64,000 bases of DNA from Eledone cirrhosa (taxonomy: Eukaryota): the NCBI GenBank assembly GCA_964016885.1, contig OZ024743.1, forward strand, positions 330,398,001 through 330,462,000. The letters run 5' to 3'. The position numbers and the translations under genes are program-made. Under the pieces are notes generated by a model, which was not told the origin of the DNA, made no database searches, and saw only the letters and a program-made list of their open reading frames with translations. Of the stretch, positions 21,401 through 35,250 are shown one piece after another (the stretch's first letter is position 1; every line of letters starts with the position of its first letter).

Positions 21401-24400
21401 AGAGAGAGTGTGTATGAGAGTGTGTGTATGAGAGAGAGTGTTTATGAGAGAGAGTGTGTATGTGAGAGAGTGTGTATGAGAGTGTGTATGAGAGAGAGTG
21501 TGTATGACAGTGTGTATGAGAGAGTATGTATGAGAGAGTGTGTATGAGAGAGAGTGAGTATGAGAGAGTGTGTATGAGAGAGAGTGTGTATGAGAGAGAG
21601 TGTGTATGAGAGAGTGTGTATGAGAGAGAGTGTGTATGAGAGAGAGTGTGTATGAGAGTGTGTATGAGAGAGTGTGTAAGAGAGAAAGTGTGTATGACAG
21701 ACTGTGTATGAGAGAGCGTGTATGAGAGAGCGTGTGTATGAGAGAGTGTGTATGAGAGAGTGTGTATGAGAGAGAGTGTGTATGAGAGTGTGTGTATGAG
21801 AGAGAGTGTTTATGAGAGAGAGTGTGTATGTGAGAGAGTGTGTATGAGAGTGTATATGAGAGAGAGTGTGTATGAGAGAGAGTGTGTATGAGAGAGAGTG
21901 TGTATGAGAGAGAGTGTATATGAGAGAGAGTGTGTATGTGAGAGAGTGTGTATGAGAGTGTGTATGAGAGAGTATGTATGAGAGAGTGTGTATGAGAGAG
22001 AGTCAGTATGAGAGAGTGTGTATGAGAGAGAGTGTGTATGAGAGTGTGTATGAGAGAGAGTGTGTATGAGAGAGTGTGTATGAGTGAGAGTGTGTATGAG
22101 AGAGTGTGTATGAGAGAGAGTGTGTATGAGAGAGAGTGTGTATGAGAGTGTGTATGAGAGAGAGTGTGTATGAGAGTGTGTATGAGAGAGAGTGTGTATG
22201 AGAGAGTGTGTATGAGTGAGAGTGTGTATGAGAGAGTGTGTATGAGAGAGAGTGTGTATGAGAGAGAGTGTGTATGAGAGTGTGTATGAGAGAGTGTGTA
22301 TGAGAGAGCATGTATGAGAGAGCGTGTGTATGAGAGAGTGTGTATGAGAGAGTGTCTATGAGAGAGAATGTGTATGAGAGAGTGTGTATGAGAGTGAGTG
22401 TGTATGAGAGTGTGTATGAGAGAGTGTGTATGAGAGGGTGTGTATGAGAGTGAGTGTGTTTGAGAGTATGTATAAGAGAGTGTGTATGATAGAGTGTGTA
22501 TGAGAGAGAGTGTGTATGAGAGAGTGTGTATGAGAGACAGTGTGTATGAGAGTATGTATGAGAGAGTGTATGAGAGAGAGTGTGTATGAGAGAGAGTATG
22601 TATGAGAGAGTGTGTATGAGAGAGTGTATGAGAGAGAGTGTGTATTACAGAGAGTGTGTATGAGAGAGTGTGTATGAGAGAGAGTATGTATGAGAGAGTG
22701 TGTATGAGAGAGAGTGTGTATGAGAGAGTGTGTATGAGAGAGAGTGTGTAAGAGAGAGAGTGTGTATGACAGAGTGTGTATGAGAGAGCGTGTATGAGAG
22801 AGCGTGTGTATGAGAGAGTGTGTATGAGAGAGTGTGTATGAGAGAGAGTGTGTATGAGAGTGTGTGTATGAGAGAGAGTGTGTATGAGAGAGTGTGTGTA
22901 TGAGAGAGAGTGTGTATGAGAGTGTGTATGAGAGTGTGTGTAAGATAGAGAGTGTGTATGACAGAGTGTGTATGAGAGAGCGTGTATGAGAGAGCGTGTG
23001 TATGAGAGAGTGTGTATGAGAGTGTGTGTATGAGAGAGAGTGTGTATGAGAGTGTGTGTATGAGAGAGAGTGTTTATGAGAGAGAGTGTGTATGTGAGAG
23101 AGTGTGTATGAGAGTGTGTATGAGAGAGAGTGTGTATGAGAGAGTGAGTGTATGAGAGAGAGTGTGTATGAGAGAGAGTGTGTATGACAGTGTGTATGAG
23201 AGAGTATGTATGAGAGAGTGTGTATGAGAGAGAGTGAGTATGAGAGAGTGTGTATGAGAGAGAGTGTGTATGAGAGTGTGTATGAGAGAGAGTGTGTATG
23301 AGAGAGTGTGTATGAGAGAGAGTGTGTATGAGAGAGAGTGTGTATGAGAGTGTGTATGAGAGAGTGTGTAAGAGAGAAAGTGTGTATGACAGAGTGTGTA
23401 TGAGAGAGCGTGTATGAGAGAGCGTGTGTATGAGAGAGTGTGTATGAGAGAGTGTGTATGAGAGAGAGTGTGTATGAGAGTGTGTGTATGAGAGAGAGTG
23501 TTTATGAGAGAGAGTGTGTATGTGAGAGAGTGTGTATGAGAGTGTGTATGAGAGAGAGTGTGTATGAGAGAGAGTGTGTATGAGAGAGAGTGTGTATGAG
23601 AGAGAGTGTGTATGAGAGAGAGTGTGTATGTGAGAGAGTGTGTATGAGAGTGTGTATGAGAGAGTATGTATGAGAGAGTGTGTATGAGAGAGAGTGAGTA
23701 TGAGAGAGTGTGTATGAGAGAGAGTGTGTATGAGAGTGTGTATGAGAGAGAGTGTGTATGAGAGTGTGTATGAGAGAGAGTGAGTATGAGAGAGTGTGTA
23801 TGAGAGAGAGTGTGTATGAGAGTGTGTATGAGAGAGAGTGTGTATGAGAGTGTGTATGAGAGAGTGTGTATGACAGAGTGTGTATGAGAGAGCGTGTATG
23901 AGAGAGCGTGTGTATGAGAGAGTGTGTATGAGAGAGTGCGTATGAGAGAGAGTGTGTATGAGAGTGTGTGTATGAGAGAGAGTGTTTATGAGAGATAGTG
24001 TGTATGTGAGAGAGTGTGTATGAGAGTGTGTATGAGAGAGAGTGTGTATGAGAGAGTGTGTATGAGAGAGAGTGTGTATGAGAGAGAGTGTGTATGTGAG
24101 AGAGTGTGTATGAGAGTGTGTATAAGAGAGTATGTATGAGAGAGTGTGTATGAGAGAGAGTGAGTATGAGAGAGTGTGTATGAGAGAGAGTGTGTATGAG
24201 AGTGTGTATGAGAAAGAGTCTGTATGAGAGAGTGTGTATGAGAGAGAGTGTGTATGAGAGAGTGTGTATGAGAGAGAGTGTGTATGAGAGAGAGTGTGTA
24301 TGAGAGTGTATGAGAGAGTGTGTAAGAGAGAGAGTGTGTATGAGAGAGTGTGTATGAGAGAGTGTGTAAGAGAGAGCGTGTGTATGAGAGAGTGTGTATG

Positions 24401-27400
24401 AGAGAGTGTATCAGAGTGTGTATGAGAGAGAGTGTGTATGAGAGAGTCTGTATGAGAGAGTGTGTATGAGAGAGAGTGTGTATGAGAGAGTGTGCATGAG
24501 AGAGTGTGTATGAGAGAGAGTGTGCATGAGAGAGAGTGTATGAGAGAGAGTGTGTATGAGAGAGTGTAAGAGAGAGTGAGTATGAGAGAGTGTGTATGAG
24601 AGAGAGTGTGTATGAGAGAGTGTATGAGAGAGAGTGTGTATGAGAGAGTGTGTATGAGAGAGTGTGTATGAGAGAGTTTGTATGAGAGTGTGTATGAGAG
24701 AGTTTGTATGAGAGAGTGTGTATGAGAGAGTGTGTATGAGAGAGAGTGAGTATGAGAGAGTGTGTATGAGAGAGAGTGTGTATGAGAGTGTGTATGAGAG
24801 AGTGTGTATGAGAGAGTGTGAGTATGAGAGAGTGTGTATGAGAGTGTGTAGGAGAGAGTGTGTATGAGAGTGTGTATGAGAAAGAGTGTGTAAGAGAGAG
24901 TGTGTAGGAGAGTGTGTGTATGAGAGAGAGTGAGTATGAGAGAGTCTGTATGTGAAAAAGTGAGTATGAGAGAGTGTGTATGAGAGAGAGTGTGTATGAG
25001 AGAGTGTGTATGAGAGAGAGTGTGTATGAGAGAGTGTGTATGAGAGAGTGAGTATGAGAGAGAGTGTGTATGAGAGAGTGTGTATGAGAGTGTGTATGAG
25101 AGAGTGTGTATGAGAGTTTGTGTATGAGAGAGAGTGCGTATGAGAAAGTGTTTATGAGAGAGTGTGTATGAGAGAGAGTGTGTATGAGAGTGTGTATGAG
25201 AGAGTGTGTATGAGAGAGTGTGTATGTCAGAGAGTGACTATGAGAGAGTGTGTATGAGAAAGTGTGTATGAGAGAGTGTGAGTATGAGAGAGTGTGTATG
25301 AGAGAGAGTGTGTATGAGAGAGAGTGTGTATGAGAGAGAGTGTCTATGAGAGAGTGTGTATGAGAGAGTGTGCATGAGAGAGAGTGTGTATGAGAGTGTG
25401 TATGAGAGAGTGTGTATGAGAGAGAGTGTGTATGAGAGAGTGTGTATGAGAGAGTGTGTATGAGAGCGAGTGTGTATGAGAGAGTATGTGTATGAGAGAG
25501 TGTGTATGAGAGAGAGTGTCTATGAGAAAGTGTGTATGAGAGAGAGTGTGTATGAGAGAGAGTGTGTATAAGAGTGTGTATGAGAGAGTGTGTTTGAGAG
25601 AGAGTGTGTATGAGAGAGTGTGTATGAGAGAGTGTGTATGAGAGAGTGTATGAGAGAGAGTGTATATGACAGAGAGTGTGTATGAGAGTGTGTATGAGAG
25701 AGTGCGTATGAGAGAGTGTGTATGAGAGTGAGTGTGTATGAGATAGTGTATGAGAGAGTGTGTATTAGAGAGTGTGTATGAGAGAGTGTATGAGAGAGAG
25801 TGTGTATGAGAGAGTGTGTATGAGAGTGTGTTTATAAGAGAGTGTGTATGAGAGGGAGTGTGTATGAGAGAGTATGTATGAGAGAGAGTGTATGAGAGAG
25901 AGTGTATGAGAGTGTGTATGAGAGAGTGTGTATGAGAGAGAGTGTGTATGAGAGAGTGTGTATGAGAGAGAGTGTGTATGAGAGAGAGTGTATGAGAGTG
26001 TGTATGAGAGAGTGTGTGTATGAGAGAGTGTGTATGAGAGAGTGTGTATGAGAGTGTGTATGAGAGAGTGTGTATGAGAGAGAGAGTGTATGAGAGTGTG
26101 TATGAGAGAGTGTGTATGAGAGAGAGTGTGTATGTGAGAGTGTGTGTATGAGAGTGTGTATGAGAGAGTATGTATGAGAGAGTGTGTATGAGAGAGAGTG
26201 AGTATGAGAGAGTGTGTATGAGAGAGAGTGTGTATGAGAGTGTGTATGAGAGTGTGTATGAGAGAGAGTGAGTATGACAGAGTGTGTATGAGAGAGAGTG
26301 TGTATGAGAGTGTGTATGAGAGAGAGTGTGTATGAGAGTGTGTATGAGAGAGTGTGTATGAGAGAGAGTGTGTATGAGAGAGTGTGTATGAGAGCGAGTG
26401 TGTATGAGAGAGTATGTGTATGAGAGAGTGTGTATGAGAGAGAGTGTCTATGAGAAAGTGTGTATGAGAGAGAGTGTGTATGAGAGAGAGTGTGTATGAG
26501 AGTGTGTATGAGAGAGTGTGTATGAGAGAGAGTGTGTATGAGAGAGTGTGTATGAGAGAGTGTGTATGAGAGAGTGTATGAGAGAGAGTGTATATGACAG
26601 AGAGTATGTATGAGAGAGTGTGTATGAGAGAGTGTATGAGAGAGAGTGTATATGACAGAGAGTGTGTATGAGAGTGTGTATGAGAGAGTGTGTATGAGAG
26701 AGTGTGTATGAGAGTGAGTGTGTATCAGATAGTGTATGAGAGAGTGTGTATTAGAGAGTGTGTATGAGAGAGTGTATGAGAGAGAGTGTGTATGAGAGAG
26801 TGTGTATGAGAGTGTGTTTATAAGAGAGAGTGTATGAGAGGGAGTGTATGAGAGTGTGTATGAGAGAGAGTGTGTATGAGAGAGTGTGTATGAGAGAGTG
26901 TGTATGAGTGAGTGTGTATGAGAGAGAGTGTGTATGAGAGAGAATGTATGAGAGAGAGTGTATGAGAGAGAGTGTATGAGAGTGTGTATGAGAGAGTGTG
27001 TATGAGAGAGAGTGTGTATGAGAGAGTGTGTATGAGAGAGAGTGTGTATGAGAGAGTGTGTATGAGAGAGAGTGTATGAGAGTGTGTATGAGAGAGTGTG
27101 TGTATGAGAGAGTGTGTATTAGAGAGTGTGTATGAGAGTGTGTATGAGAGAGTGTGTATGAGAGAGAGAGTGTATGAGAGTGTGTATGAGAGAGTGTGTA
27201 TGAGAGGGTGTGTATGAGAGTGAGTGTGTTTGAGAGTATGTATGAGAGAGTGTGTATGAGAGGGTGTGTATGAGAGTGAGTGTTTTTGAGAGTATGTATG
27301 AGAGAGTGTGTATGAGAGAGTGTGTATGAGTGAGAGTGTGTATGAGAGAGTGTGTATGAGAGACAGTGTGTATGAGAGTATGTATGAGAGAGTGTATGGA

Positions 27401-27999
27401 GAGAGAGTGTGTATGTGAGAGAGTATGTATGAGAGAGTCTGTATGAGAGAGTGTATGAGAGAGAGTGTCTATTACAGAAAGTGTGTATGAGAGAGTGTGT
27501 ATGAGAGAGTGTGTATGAGAGTGAGTGTGTATGAGGTAGTGTATGAGAGAGTGTGTATGAGAGAGTGTATGAGGGAGAGTGTGTATGAGAGAGAGTATGT
27601 ATGAGAGAGTGTGTATGAGAGAGTGTATGAGAGAGAGTGTGTATTACAGAGAGTGTGTATGAGAGAGAGTATGTATGAGAGAGTGTGTATGAGAGAGAGT
27701 GAGTATGAGAGAGTGTGTATGAGAGAGAGTGTGTATGAGAGAGTGTGTGTATGAGAAAGAGTGTGTATGAGAGTGTGTATGAGAGAGTGTGTAAGAGAGA
27801 GAGTGTGTATGACAGAGTGTGTATGAGAGAGCGTGTATGAGAGAGCGTGTGTATGAGAGAGTGTGTATGAGAGAGTGTGTATGAGAGAGAGTGTGTATGA
27901 GAGAGTGTGTATGAGAGAGAGTGTTTATGAGAGAGAGTGTGTATGTGAGAGAGTGTGTATGAGAGTGTGTATGAGAGAGCGTGTGTATGAGAGAGAGTG

Positions 28000-30900
28000 T
28001 GTATGAGAGAGTGTGTATGAGAGAGAGTGTGTATGAGAGAGAGTGTGTATGTGAGAGAGTGTGTATGAGAGTGTGTATGAGAGAGTATGTATGAGAGAGT
28101 GTGTATGAGAGAGAGTGAGTATGAGAGAGTGTGTATGAGAGAGAGTGTGTATGAGAGTGTGTATGAGAGAGAGTGTGGATGAGAGAGTGTGTATGAGAAA
28201 GAGTGTGTATGAGAGAGTCTGTATGAGAGAGAGTGTGTATGAGAGAGAGTGTGTATGAGAGTGTGTATGAGAGAGTGTGTAAGAGAGAGAGTGTGTATGA
28301 GAGAGTGTGTATGAGAGAGCGTGTATGAGAGAGCGTGTGTATGAGAGAGTGTGTATGAGAGAGTGTGTATGAGAGAGAGTGTGTATGAGAGAGTGTATGA
28401 GAGTGTGTATGAGAGAGAGTGTGTATGAGAGAGTCTGTATGAGAGAGTGTGTATGAGAGAGAGTGTGTATGAGAGAGTGTGCATGAGAGAGTGTGTATGA
28501 GAGAGAGCGTGCACGAGAGAGAGTGTATGAGAGAGAGTGTGTACGAGAGAGTGTAAGAGAGAGTGAGTATGAGAGAGTGTGTATGAGAGAGAGTGTGTAT
28601 GAGAGAGTGTATGAGAGAGAGTCTGTATGAGAGAGTGTGTATGAGAGAGTGTGTATGAGAGAGTGTGTATGAGAGTGTGTATGAGAGAGTTTGTATGAGA
28701 GAGTGTGTATGAGAGAGAGTGTGTATGAGAGTGTGTATGAGAGTGTGTATGAGAGAGTGTGTATGAGAGAGAGTGAGTATGAGAGAGTGTGTATGAGAGA
28801 GAGTGTGTATGAGAGTGTGTATGAGAGAGTGTGTATGAGAAAGTGTGAGTATGAGAGAGTGTGTATGAGAGTGTGTAGGAGAGAGTGTGTATGAGAGTGT
28901 GTATGAGAAAGATTGTGTATGAGAGAGTGTGTAGGAGAGTGTGTGTATGAGAGAGAGTGAGTATGAGAGAGTCTGTATGTGAAAAAGTGAGTATGAGAGA
29001 GTGTGTATGAGAGAGAGTGTGTATGAGAGAGTGTGTATGAGAGAGAGTGTGTATGAGAGAGTGTGTATGAGAGAGTATGTATGAGAGAGAGCGAGAATGA
29101 GAGAGTGAGTATGAGAGAGAGTGTGTATGAGAGAGTGTGTATGAGAGTGTGTATGAGAGAGTGTGTATGAGAGTTTGTGTATGAGAGAGAGTGCGTATGA
29201 GAGAGTGTGTATGAGAGAGAGTATGTATGAGAGAGTGTGTATGAGAGAGAGAGAGTATGAGAGAGTGTGTATGAGAGAGAGTGTGTATGAGAGAGTGTGT
29301 ATGAGAGAGAGTGTGTATGAGAGAGTGTATGAGGGAGAGTGTGTATGAGAGAGAGTATGTATGAGAGAGTGTGTATGAGAGAGTGTATGAGAGAGAGTGT
29401 GTATTACAGAGAGTGTGTATGAGAGAGTGTTTATGAGAGAGAGTATGTATGAGAGAGTGTGTATGACAGTGTGTGTATGAGAGAGCGTGTATGAGAGAGA
29501 GTGTGTATGAGAGTGTGTATGAGAGAGAGTGTGTATGAGAGAGTGTGTATGAGTGAGAGTGTGTATGAGAGAGTGTGTGTATGGGAAAGAGTGTGTATGA
29601 GAGTGTGTATGAGAGAGTGTGTAAGAGAGAGAGTGTGTATGACAGAGTGTGTATGAGAGAGCGTGTATGAGAGAGCGTGTGTATGAGAGAGTGTGTATGA
29701 GAGAGTGTGTATGAGAGAGAGTGTGTATGAGAGTGTGTGTATGAGAGAGAGTGTTTATGAGAGAGAGTGTGTATGTGAGAGAGTGTGTATGAGAGTGTGT
29801 ATGAGAGAGCGTGTGTATGAGAGAGAGTGTGTATGAGAGAGTGTGTATGAGAGAGAGTGTGTATGAGAGAGAGTGTGTATGTGAGAGAGTGTGTATGAGA
29901 GTGTGTATGAGAGAGTATGTATGAGAGAGTGTGTATGAGAGAGAGTGAGTATGAGAGAGTGTGTATGAGAGAGAGTGTGTATGAGAGTGTGTATGAGAGA
30001 GAGTGTGGATGAGAGAGTGTGTATGAGAGAGAGTGTGTATGAGAGAGAGTGTGTATGAGAGTGTGTATGAGAGAGTGTGTAAGAGAGAGAGTGTGTATGA
30101 GAGAGTGTTTATGAGAGAGCGTGTATGAGAGAGCGTGTGTATGAGAGAGTGTGTATGAGAGAGTGTGTATGAGAGAGAGTGTGTATGAGAGAGTGTATGA
30201 GAGTGTGTATGAGAGAGAGTGTGTATGAGAGAGTCTGTATGAGAGAGTGTGTATGAGAGAGAGTGTGTATGAGAGAGTGTGCATGAGAGAGTGTGTATGA
30301 GAGAGAGTGTGCACGAGAGAGAGTGTATGAGAGAGAGTGTGTACGAGAGAGTGTAAGAGAGAGTGAGTATGAGAGAGTGTGTATGAGAGAGAGTGTGTAT
30401 GAGAGAGTGTATGAGAGAGTGTGTATGAGAGTGTGTATGAGAGAGTTTGTATGAGAGAGTGTGTATGAGAGAGAGTTTGTATGAGAGTGTGTATGAGAGT
30501 GTGTATGAGAGAGTGTGTATGAGAGAGAGTGAGTATGAGAGAGTGTGTATGAGAGAGAGTGTGTATGAGAGTGTGTATGAGAGAGTGTGTATGAGAAAGT
30601 GTGAGTATGAGAGTGTGTGTATGAGAGTGTGTAGGAGAGAGTGTGTATGAGAGTGTGTATGAGAAAGAGTGTGTATGAGAGAGTGTGTAGGAGAGTGTGT
30701 GTATGAGAGAGAGTGAGTATGAGAGAGTCTGTATGTGAAAAAGTGAGTATGAGAGAGTGTGTATGAGAGAGAGTGTGTATGAGAGAGTGTGTATGAGAGA
30801 GAGTGTGTATGAGAGAGTGTGTATGAGAGAGTATGTATGAGAGAGAGCGAGAATGAGAGAGTGAGTATGATAGAGAGTGTGTATGAGAGAGTGTGTATGA

Positions 30901-33900
30901 GAGTGTGTATGAGAGAGTGTGTATGAGAGTTTGTGTATGAGAGAGAGTGCGTATGAGAGAGTGTGTATGAGAGAGAGTATGTATGAGAGAGTGTGTATGA
31001 GAGAGAGTGAGTATGAGAGAGTGTGTATGAGAGAGAGTGTGTATGAGAGAGTGTGTATGAGAGAGAGTGAGTATGAGAGATTGTGTATGAGAGAGAGTGT
31101 GTATGAGAGAGTGTATGAGGGAGAGTGTGTATGAGAGAGAGTATGTATGAGAGAGTGTGTATGAGAGAGTGTATGAGAGAGAGTGTGTATTACAGAGAGT
31201 GTGTATGAGAGAGTGTTTATGAGAGTGAGTATGAGAGAGTGTGTATGAGAGAGAGTATGTATGAGAGAGTGTGTATGACAGAGTGTGTATGAGAGAGTGT
31301 GTATGAGAGAGTGTGTATGAGAGAGAGTGTGTATGAGAGTGTGTGTATGAGAGAGAGTGTTTATGAGAGAGAGTGTGTATTTGAGAGAGTGTGTATGAGA
31401 GTGTTTATGAGAGAGAGTGTGTATGAGAGAGAGTGTGTATGAGAGAGTGTGTATGAGAGAGAGTGTGTATGAGAGAGAGTGTGTATGTGAGAGAGTGTGT
31501 ATGAGAGTGTGTATGAGAGAGTATGTATGAGAGAGTGTGTATGAGAGAGAGTGAGTATGAGAGAGTGTGTATGAGAGAGAGTGTGTATGAGAGTGTGTAT
31601 GAGAGAGAGTGTGGATGAGAGAGTGTGTATGAGAGAGAGTGTGTATGAGAGAGAGTGTGTATGTGAGAGAGTGTGTATGAGAGTGTGTATGAGAGAGTAT
31701 GTATGAGAGAGTGTGTATGAGAGAGAGTGAGTATGAGAGAGTGTGTATGAGAGAGAGTGTGTATGAGAGTGTGTATGAGAGAGAGTGTGGATGAGAGAGT
31801 GTGTATGAGAGAGAGTGTGTATGAGAGAGTCTGTATGAGAGAGAGTGTGTATGAGAGAGAGTGTGTATGAGAGTGTGTATGAGAGAGTGTGTAAGAGAGA
31901 GAGTGTGTATGAGAGAGTGTGTATGAGAGAGCGTGTATGAGAGAGCGTGTGTATGAGAGAGTGTGTATGAGAGAGTGTGTATGAGAGAGAGTGTGTATGA
32001 GAGAGTGTATGAGAGTGTGTATGAGAGAGAGTGTGTATGAGAGAGTCTGTATGAGAGAGTGTGTATGAGAGAGAGTGTGTATGAGAGAGTGTGCATGAGA
32101 GAGTGTGTATGAGAGAGAGCGTGCACGAGAGAGAGTGTATGAGAGAGAGTGTGTACGAGAGAGTGTAAGAGAGAGTGAGTATGAGAGAGTGTGTATGAGA
32201 GAGAGTGTGTATGAGAGAGTGTATGAGAGAGAGTCTGTATGAGAGAGTGTGTATGAGAGAGTGTGTATGAGAGAGTGTGTATGAGAGTGTGTATGAGAGA
32301 GTTTGTATGAGAGAGTGTGTATGAGAGAGAGTGTGTATGAGAGTGTGTATGAGAGTGTGTATGAGAGAGTGTGTATGAGAGAGAGTGAGTATGAGAGAGT
32401 GTGTATGAGAGAGAGTGTGTATGAGAGTGTGTATGAGAGAGTGTGTATGAGAAAGTGTGAGTATGAGAGAGTGTGTATGAGAGTGTGTAGGAGAGAGTGT
32501 GTATGAGAGTGTGTATGAGAAAGATTGTGTATGAGAGAGTGTGTAGGAGAGTGTGTGTATGAGAGAGAGTGAGTATGAGAGAGTCTGTATGTGAAAAAGT
32601 GAGTATGAGAGAGTGTGTATGAGAGAGAGTGTGTATGAGAGAGTGTGTATGAGAGAGAGTGTGTATGAGAGAGTGTGTATGAGAGAGTATGTATGAGAGA
32701 GAGCGAGAATGAGAGAGTGAGTATGAGAGAGAGTGTGTATGAGAGAGTGTGTATGAGAGTGTGTATGAGAGAGTGTGTATGAGAGTTTGTGTATGAGAGA
32801 GAGTGCGTATGAGAGAGTGTGTATGAGAGAGAGTATGTATGAGAGAGTGTGTATGAGAGAGAGAGAGTATGAGAGAGTGTGTATGAGAGAGAGTGTGTAT
32901 GAGAGAGTGTGTATGAGAGAGAGTGTGTATGAGAGAGTGTATGAGGGAGAGTGTGTATGAGAGAGAGTATGTATGAGAGAGTGTGTATGAGAGAGTGTAT
33001 GAGAGAGAGTGTGTATTACAGAGAGTGTGTATGAGAGAGTGTTTATGAGAGAGAGTATGTATGAGAGAGTGTGTATGACAGTGTGTGTATGAGAGAGCGT
33101 GTATGAGAGAGAGTGTGTATGAGAGTGTGTATGAGAGAGAGTGTGTATGAGAGAGTGTGTATGAGTGAGAGTGTGTATGAGAGAGTGTGTGTATGGGAAA
33201 GAGTGTGTATGAGAGTGTGTATGAGAGAGTGTGTAAGAGAGAGAGTGTGTATGACAGAGTGTGTATGAGAGAGCGTGTATGAGAGAGCGTGTGTATGAGA
33301 GAGTGTGTATGAGAGAGTGTGTATGAGAGAGAGTGTGTATGAGAGTGTGTGTATGAGAGAGAGTGTTTATGAGAGAGAGTGTGTATGTGAGAGAGTGTGT
33401 ATGAGAGTGTGTATGAGAGAGCGTGTGTATGAGAGAGAGTGTGTATGAGAGAGTGTGTATGAGAGAGAGTGTGTATGAGAGAGAGTGTGTATGTGAGAGA
33501 GTGTGTATGAGAGTGTGTATGAGAGAGTATGTATGAGAGAGTGTGTATGAGAGAGAGTGAGTATGAGAGAGTGTGTATGAGAGAGAGTGTGTATGAGAGT
33601 GTGTATGAGAGAGAGTGTGGATGAGAGAGTGTGTATGAGAGAGAGTGTGTATGAGAGAGAGTGTGTATGAGAGTGTGTATGAGAGAGTGTGTAAGAGAGA
33701 GAGTGTGTATGAGAGAGTGTTTATGAGAGAGCGTGTATGAGAGAGCGTGTGTATGAGAGAGTGTGTATGAGAGAGTGTGTATGAGAGAGAGTGTGTATGA
33801 GAGAGTGTATGAGAGTGTGTATGAGAGAGAGTGTGTATGAGAGAGTCTGTATGAGAGAGTGTGTATGAGAGAGAGTGTGTATGAGAGAGTGTGCATGAGA

Positions 33901-35250
33901 GAGTGTGTATGAGAGAGAGTGTGCACGAGAGAGAGTGTATGAGAGAGAGTGTGTACGAGAGAGTGTAAGAGAGAGTGAGTATGAGAGAGTGTGTATGAGA
34001 GAGAGTGTGTATGAGAGAGTGTATGAGAGAGTGTGTATGAGAGTGTGTATGAGAGAGTTTGTATGAGAGAGTGTGTATGAGAGAGAGTTTGTATGAGAGT
34101 GTGTATGAGAGTGTGTATGAGAGAGTGTGTATGAGAGAGAGTGAGTATGAGAGAGTGTGTATGAGAGAGAGTGTGTATGAGAGTGTGTATGAGAGAGTGT
34201 GTATGAGAAAGTGTGAGTATGAGAGTGTGTGTATGAGAGTGTGTAGGAGAGAGTGTGTATGAGAGTGTGTATGAGAAAGAGTGTGTATGAGAGAGTGTGT
34301 AGGAGAGTGTGTGTATGAGAGAGAGTGAGTATGAGAGAGTCTGTATGTGAAAAAGTGAGTATGAGAGAGTGTGTATGAGAGAGAGTGTGTATGAGAGAGT
34401 GTGTATGAGAGAGAGTGTGTATGAGAGAGTGTGTATGAGAGAGTATGTATGAGAGAGAGCGAGAATGAGAGAGTGAGTATGATAGAGAGTGTGTATGAGA
34501 GAGTGTGTATGAGAGTGTGTATGAGAGAGTGTGTATGAGAGTTTGTGTATGAGAGAGAGTGCGTATGAGAGAGTGTGTATGAGAGAGAGTATGTATGAGA
34601 GAGTGTGTATGAGAGAGAGTGAGTATGAGAGAGTGTGTATGAGAGAGAGTGTGTATGAGAGAGTGTGTATGAGAGAGAGTGAGTATGAGAGATTGTGTAT
34701 GAGAGAGAGTGTGTATGAGAGAGTGTATGAGGGAGAGTGTGTATGAGAGAGAGTATGTATGAGAGAGTGTGTATGAGAGAGTGTATGAGAGAGAGTGTGT
34801 ATTACAGAGAGTGTGTATGAGAGAGTGTTTATGAGAGTGAGTATGAGAGAGTGTGTATGAGAGAGAGTATGTATGAGAGAGTGTGTATGACAGAGTGTGT
34901 ATGAGAGAGTGTGTATGAGAGAGTGTGTATGAGAGAGAGTGTGTATGAGAGTGTGTGTATGAGAGAGAGTGTTTATGAGAGAGAGTGTGTATTTGAGAGA
35001 GTGTGTATGAGAGTGTTTATGAGAGAGAGTGTGTATGAGAGAGAGTGTGTATGAGAGAGTGTGTATGAGAGAGAGTGTGTATGAGAGAGAGTGTGTATGT
35101 GAGAGAGTGTGTATGAGAGTGTGTATGAGAGAGTATGTATGAGAGAGTGTGTATGAGAGAGAGTGAGTATGAGAGAGTGTGTATGAGAGAGAGTGTGTAT
35201 GAGAGTGTGTATGAGAGAGAGTGTGGATGAGAGAGTGTGTATGAGAGAGA
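28000..35250. repeat. 3,612-bp higher-order tandem duplication within the satellite (1,756 + 1,856 bp subunits); boundaries approximate
   Basis: Identical ORF-track translations recur at +3612 (28691/32303, 29163/32775, 30447/34059, 30919/34531); marker TGTGAAAAAG at 28978, 30734, 32590, 34346. Confidence 0.85.
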
